DNA from: a virus
Lineage: Duplodnaviria > Heunggongvirae > Uroviricota > Caudoviricetes
IMG/VR virus record: IMGVR_UViG_3300045996_000667
Location: 91,546 to 125,713 of that record
Strand: one strand, 5' to 3'
DNA: 34,168 nucleotides
Part shown: positions 31,196 through 34,168 of the stretch, piece after piece
Layout of the letters: each line of letters begins with the position of its first letter
Position numbering within the stretch: position 1 is the first letter of the stretch
The notes under the pieces: generated by a model
What the model saw: only the letters and a program-made list of their open reading frames with translations
What the model was told of the DNA's origin: nothing
Database searches by the model: none
Program-made: the position numbers and the translations under genes

Positions 31196-32589
31196 TGTTC
31201 TCGTTTCCTGAGAAGACGGACAGCTACAAGGTATCGCACTACCGGCAGTACCCGCCTGGGACGACCTGCGTCTACTCGTACTTCGAGTCTCGCGGCGGCG
31301 TTTACCCTGACACGACCTTCTTTGGTCTGCAGGGAATGCTCAAGGACCACTTCGTCGGCCAGGTCCTTACACAGCCTGACATCGATGAGGCCGCTGACCT
31401 GTACGGTGAGCATTTCGGAGATCCTAACCTGTTTAACAGGGCTGGTTTCGAGCACATCGTGAACGACCACGGCGGCCATCTCCCGCTGTCCATCAGGGCC
31501 GTTCCTGAGGGCACGACAGTGCCTGTTAGCAATGTCCTGATGACAGTCGAGAACACCTGTCCGAAGTGCTACTGGCTGACCAACTTCGCAGAGACGCTGC
31601 TCGTCCAGAACTGGTACCCGACGACTGTCGCCACCCAGAGCCGACACCTGAAAAAGCTGATCCACAAGTGGCTGGTCCGCAATGGCACTCCTGAAGAGAT
31701 CGGCTTCAAGCTGCACGACTTCGGATTCCGAGGTGTCTCGAGCGTTGAGAGCGCGGCGATCGGCGGCGCTGCCCACCTTGTCAACTTCCTCGGAACCGAC
31801 ACCGTCGTAGCCCTCCGCTACCTGCGTCGGCGTTACGGCATCCGATGCGCTGGCTTCTCAGTGCCGGCGGCTGAGCACTCGACAATCACGTCTTGGGGCC
31901 GCGAGTTCGAAGCGCAGGCCTGCGACAACATGCTGGTGCAGTACCCGAAGGGCATCGTGGCTGTCGTCTCGGACTCCTATGACGTCTTTAACGCCTGCGA
32001 CAATATCTGGGGTGGCTCCCTCGTTAAGCGCGTCATGGCGAGGCCAGGAGTACTCGTCGTGAGGCCTGACAGCGGAACCCCAGAGGAAGTGGTCAGTCGA
32101 TGCGTCCACAGCTTCTACAACAACCCGCAAGTCGGCGGAACCGTGAATCAAAAGGGTTCCAAGGTGATATCGCCCAAGGTTCGGATCATTCAAGGCGACG
32201 GAGTCGACGGCGGTGCAATCGACGGGATCTACAGCCGCCTGCATTCAGAGGGCTTCTCGTCAGACAACGTCGGTTACGGGATGGGCGGCGCGCTGCTTCA
32301 GAAGCTGGACCGGGACACCCAGAAGTTCGCGTTCAAGTGCAGCCAGGTCGCCGGCCACTTCGGCTCCAGGGACGTCTACAAGGACCCCATCACCGACAGC
32401 GGCAAGCGCTCGAAGCGCGGGCGCCTAGCCCTGCGCAAGGGCATGTTGCATGAAGGCTTCTGGACGGACTCCCAGCAGAACAACCTGCTCAGAGATCGCG
32501 GTTCTGACCAGTTGGTAGAAGTGTTCAGGGATGGCCAGCTGCTAGTCGATGACAGCTTTGACAAGATCCGTGAACGCGCAGCCATCTGA
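31192..32589 (+). CDS. nadV: Nicotinamide phosphoribosyltransferase (NAMPT)
   Basis: 'TDSYKVSH', 'YFESRGG', 'LHDFGFRG', 'PAAEHS', 'VSDSYD', 'RPDSG', 'IQGDG', 'GMGGALLQ'. Confidence 0.95.
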   Translation: MMFSFPEKTDSYKVSHYRQYPPGTTCVYSYFESRGGVYPDTTFFGLQGMLKDHFVGQVLTQPDIDEAADLYGEHFGDPNLFNRAGFEHIVNDHGGHLPLSIRAVPEGTTVPVSNVLMTVENTCPKCYWLTNFAETLLVQNWYPTTVATQSRHLKKLIHKWLVRNGTPEEIGFKLHDFGFRGVSSVESAAIGGAAHLVNFLGTDTVVALRYLRRRYGIRCAGFSVPAAEHSTITSWGREFEAQACDNMLVQYPKGIVAVVSDSYDVFNACDNIWGGSLVKRVMARPGVLVVRPDSGTPEEVVSRCVHSFYNNPQVGGTVNQKGSKVISPKVRIIQGDGVDGGAIDGIYSRLHSEGFSSDNVGYGMGGALLQKLDRDTQKFAFKCSQVAGHFGSRDVYKDPITDSGKRSKRGRLALRKGMLHEGFWTDSQQNNLLRDRGSDQLVEVFRDGQLLVDDSFDKIRERAAI

Positions 32590-32800
32590 CGAGTTCTTTG
32601 CAGCCCTGATACCAGGCCTAGGCTGTTCATACTGCCGCGACACCAAAATCTGGCCATACGCCTCAACAATGACGTCATGGGGCCGCCGATGGGCCTGTTC
32701 AAGATGTCTCCGGACTGTCAGGAACACCAACAATTTTATCAGTCTGGACAACGCTGTCCTTAAGTTTAAAGACGATGCCAAAGCCGGACAATTCGAATAG
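32570..32800 (+). CDS. Small Zn-finger protein, EF[FW] family member 4
   Basis: (M)NAQPSDEFFAAL...CSYC...CSRC; GTG 32570 or ATG 32549. Confidence 0.55.
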   Translation: MNAQPSDEFFAALIPGLGCSYCRDTKIWPYASTMTSWGRRWACSRCLRTVRNTNNFISLDNAVLKFKDDAKAGQFE

Positions 32801-33014
32801 AACCTACCTCGAATGCCCATGCTGTGGGTGCGAGGGAGCTGAGTCAGACGCTGACGGCCTGTTCAACGACGGCCAGGAACTCATCTGCGGATGCCCTGGC
32901 TGGGTGACAGCCGATGGAGACGGCGATGAAAGCTGGGCGTGGATCAATACCGGCGACGAGCCGTGCCAGCAATGCGAGGGCGAGTGTCAGACGAATTCTG
33001 GGACGAACTCCTAA
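32775..33014 (+). CDS. Acidic Cys-rich protein (79 aa)
   Basis: 'CPCCGC', 'CGC', 'CQQC'. Confidence 0.55.
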   Translation: MPKPDNSNRTYLECPCCGCEGAESDADGLFNDGQELICGCPGWVTADGDGDESWAWINTGDEPCQQCEGECQTNSGTNS

Positions 33015-33226
33015 GTCTAAAGATCTGGTGCGCCAGATGTAATAGGCAGACCAAGCACCTTCCAAGCCAGTTACCAACACTCTCGCCATACAGGGATTAC
33101 GAACGGTACGACTGCTCTAACTGCAACTGCACGTGGGTACTGGTAAAAGGTGAAGAGGTTCTGCATCAGAACACGGGCTGGAGACACAGCATCGACTTCG
33201 GGCACGACATCAATTGGGGCGAGTAA
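32984..33226 (+). CDS. Small Zn-finger protein, EF[FW] family member 5
   Basis: GTG 32984 after GAGGG: MSDEFWDELL...CARC...CSNC. Confidence 0.6.
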   Translation: MSDEFWDELLSLKIWCARCNRQTKHLPSQLPTLSPYRDYERYDCSNCNCTWVLVKGEEVLHQNTGWRHSIDFGHDINWGE

Positions 33227-33519
33227 TGAACTGGGACTACCACAAGCAGCGCCTACTGGACGGCAAGACCACGTCATTTCGGCCTAAGGGCAACAGCATG
33301 GCTCCTCGCATCCTGTCCGGCCAGCTCGTCGTCCTCGAGCCTGCGCACGAGACGTACATCGAGGTTGGCGACGTAGTCTTCTGCAAGGTCGGTGGCAACT
33401 TCTATGTCCACCTTGTCAAGGCTATCCAGGATGGCAGGTTCCTCATAGCCAACAACAGAGGCCACATCAACGGCTGGACAAAGGCCGTCTATGGCAAGCT
33501 GAAACTCCTAATGCCATGA
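33226..33519 (+). CDS. S24/S26 peptidase-like small protein
   Basis: 'GNSMAPRILSGQLV', 'VGDVVFCKV'; TAATG-coupled. Confidence 0.7.
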   Translation: MNWDYHKQRLLDGKTTSFRPKGNSMAPRILSGQLVVLEPAHETYIEVGDVVFCKVGGNFYVHLVKAIQDGRFLIANNRGHINGWTKAVYGKLKLLMP

Positions 33520-33920
33520 AAGTGCTCTGTTGCGGTAGCAGAAACTGGAGCCTGAGGACGCCTATCCAAAGGGCCCTGTCAAACCTGAAGAACTATGATG
33601 GAGGCGATGATCGTGACCTGTTCTTCCAGTCGCTGGACATCACTCACATCGAGATAGTGCATGGCAACGCTCTCGGCGCTGATTCGCTCTGCGACTACTA
33701 CGCGCGAAAACTAGGCTACCTCGTTCACCGCCACTCGGCAGACTGGAAAAAGCACGGCAAGGCTGCCGGTCCTATCAGGAACCAGGAAATGCTTGATAAG
33801 CATCCTGACATCTGCCTTGTGCTGGCATTCTCTTGGAATCTGTCAGAAAGCAAAGGCACGGCTGACATGGTTCGCAGGGCCACGAAGAAAGGCATCCCTG
33901 TCAAGGTTATCAGTGGCTGA
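33516..33920 (+). CDS. SLOG superfamily (YspA/DUF2493-like) nucleotide-binding protein
   Basis: 'CGSRNW', 'IVHGNALGAD', 'ADWKKHGKAAGPIRNQEM', 'SKGTADM'. Confidence 0.85.
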   Translation: MKVLCCGSRNWSLRTPIQRALSNLKNYDGGDDRDLFFQSLDITHIEIVHGNALGADSLCDYYARKLGYLVHRHSADWKKHGKAAGPIRNQEMLDKHPDICLVLAFSWNLSESKGTADMVRRATKKGIPVKVISG

Positions 33921-34125
33921 CAACGACGAGTTCTTCTTCAGCCTCATAGAATCAATTGGTGGATGCCAGATAGTGGAAGCATATTGCCCGCGCTGCAAGG
34001 CCATGGGGGATCACGACAAGAAGCTCTACGGAGAGCCTCTTAGGTGTGCATACCTTTGCCGCCGCTGTGGGCTTCTAGAAGACTTGCCAAACTCGAAATT
34101 CCTAACATATGGACAGTTCTACTAG
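33913..34125 (+). CDS. Small Zn-finger protein, EF[FW] family member 6
   Basis: GTG 33913: MADNDEFFFSL...CPRC...CRRC. Confidence 0.6.
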   Translation: MADNDEFFFSLIESIGGCQIVEAYCPRCKAMGDHDKKLYGEPLRCAYLCRRCGLLEDLPNSKFLTYGQFY

Positions 34126-34168
34126 TTCCGAGGAATTCTTCGGCGCATTGGCGATTAGGCTGAACGTC
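34109..34168 (+). CDS. Partial ORF, EF[FW] family member 7, runs off the right edge
   Basis: ATG 34109: MDSSTSSEEFFGALAIRLNV..., overlapping the end of the previous member. Confidence 0.45.
   Translation, partial: MDSSTSSEEFFGALAIRLNV

Noticed and set aside
31132-31776. 214-aa minus-strand ORF (and similar ORFs at 24057-24485, 24669-25109, 26288-26926)
   Set aside because: Antisense to well-supported NAMPT, RNR and Mom-like genes; typical GC-rich shadow frames.
1-34168. Stop-codon recoding, integrase/att site or DGR
   Set aside because: All three stop codons terminate well-formed genes and there is no suppressor tRNA. No recombinase, reverse transcriptase or TR/VR adenine-variant pair is visible in this window.

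Overview
A 34-kb segment of a tailed dsDNA phage genome (GC-rich, dense ATGA/TAATG gene coupling). No host genes, integrase or att site are visible. Layout from left to right: (i) minus-strand morphogenesis block (partial tail tube, tail terminator, head closure, adaptor, N4-gp56-type major capsid, scaffold, portal, terminase large subunit, probable small subunit); (ii) three tRNAs (Met, Asn, Gly) with a frameshifted HNH gene and an upstream structured RNA candidate; (iii) XRE regulator; (iv) plus-strand DNA-metabolism block (RusA-like, phage Dam, beta-clamp, dUTPase); (v) a second, separate minus-strand virion/fibre module; (vi) a long plus-strand accessory arm (nucleotidyltransferase, class II RNR, Mom-like, DHH, cyclic-phosphate receiver, histone-like, NadM-Nudix + NAMPT, S24-like, SLOG). 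The most striking unexplained patterns are: a dispersed family of seven small ORFs, six visibly Cys-rich, that all begin with an acidic E-F-[F/W]-x-x-hydrophobic motif; a 19-bp YACAC-N9-GTGTA palindrome at six intergenic sites plus one near-match, lying inside promoters or abutting ribosome-binding sites; a pseudoknotted, switchable RNA upstream of the tRNAs; a structured, terminator-containing leader ahead of the RNR; and a tRNA(GUU) built on a tRNA-Gln-like body. All protein calls are by motif recognition and synteny only; no searches were run.
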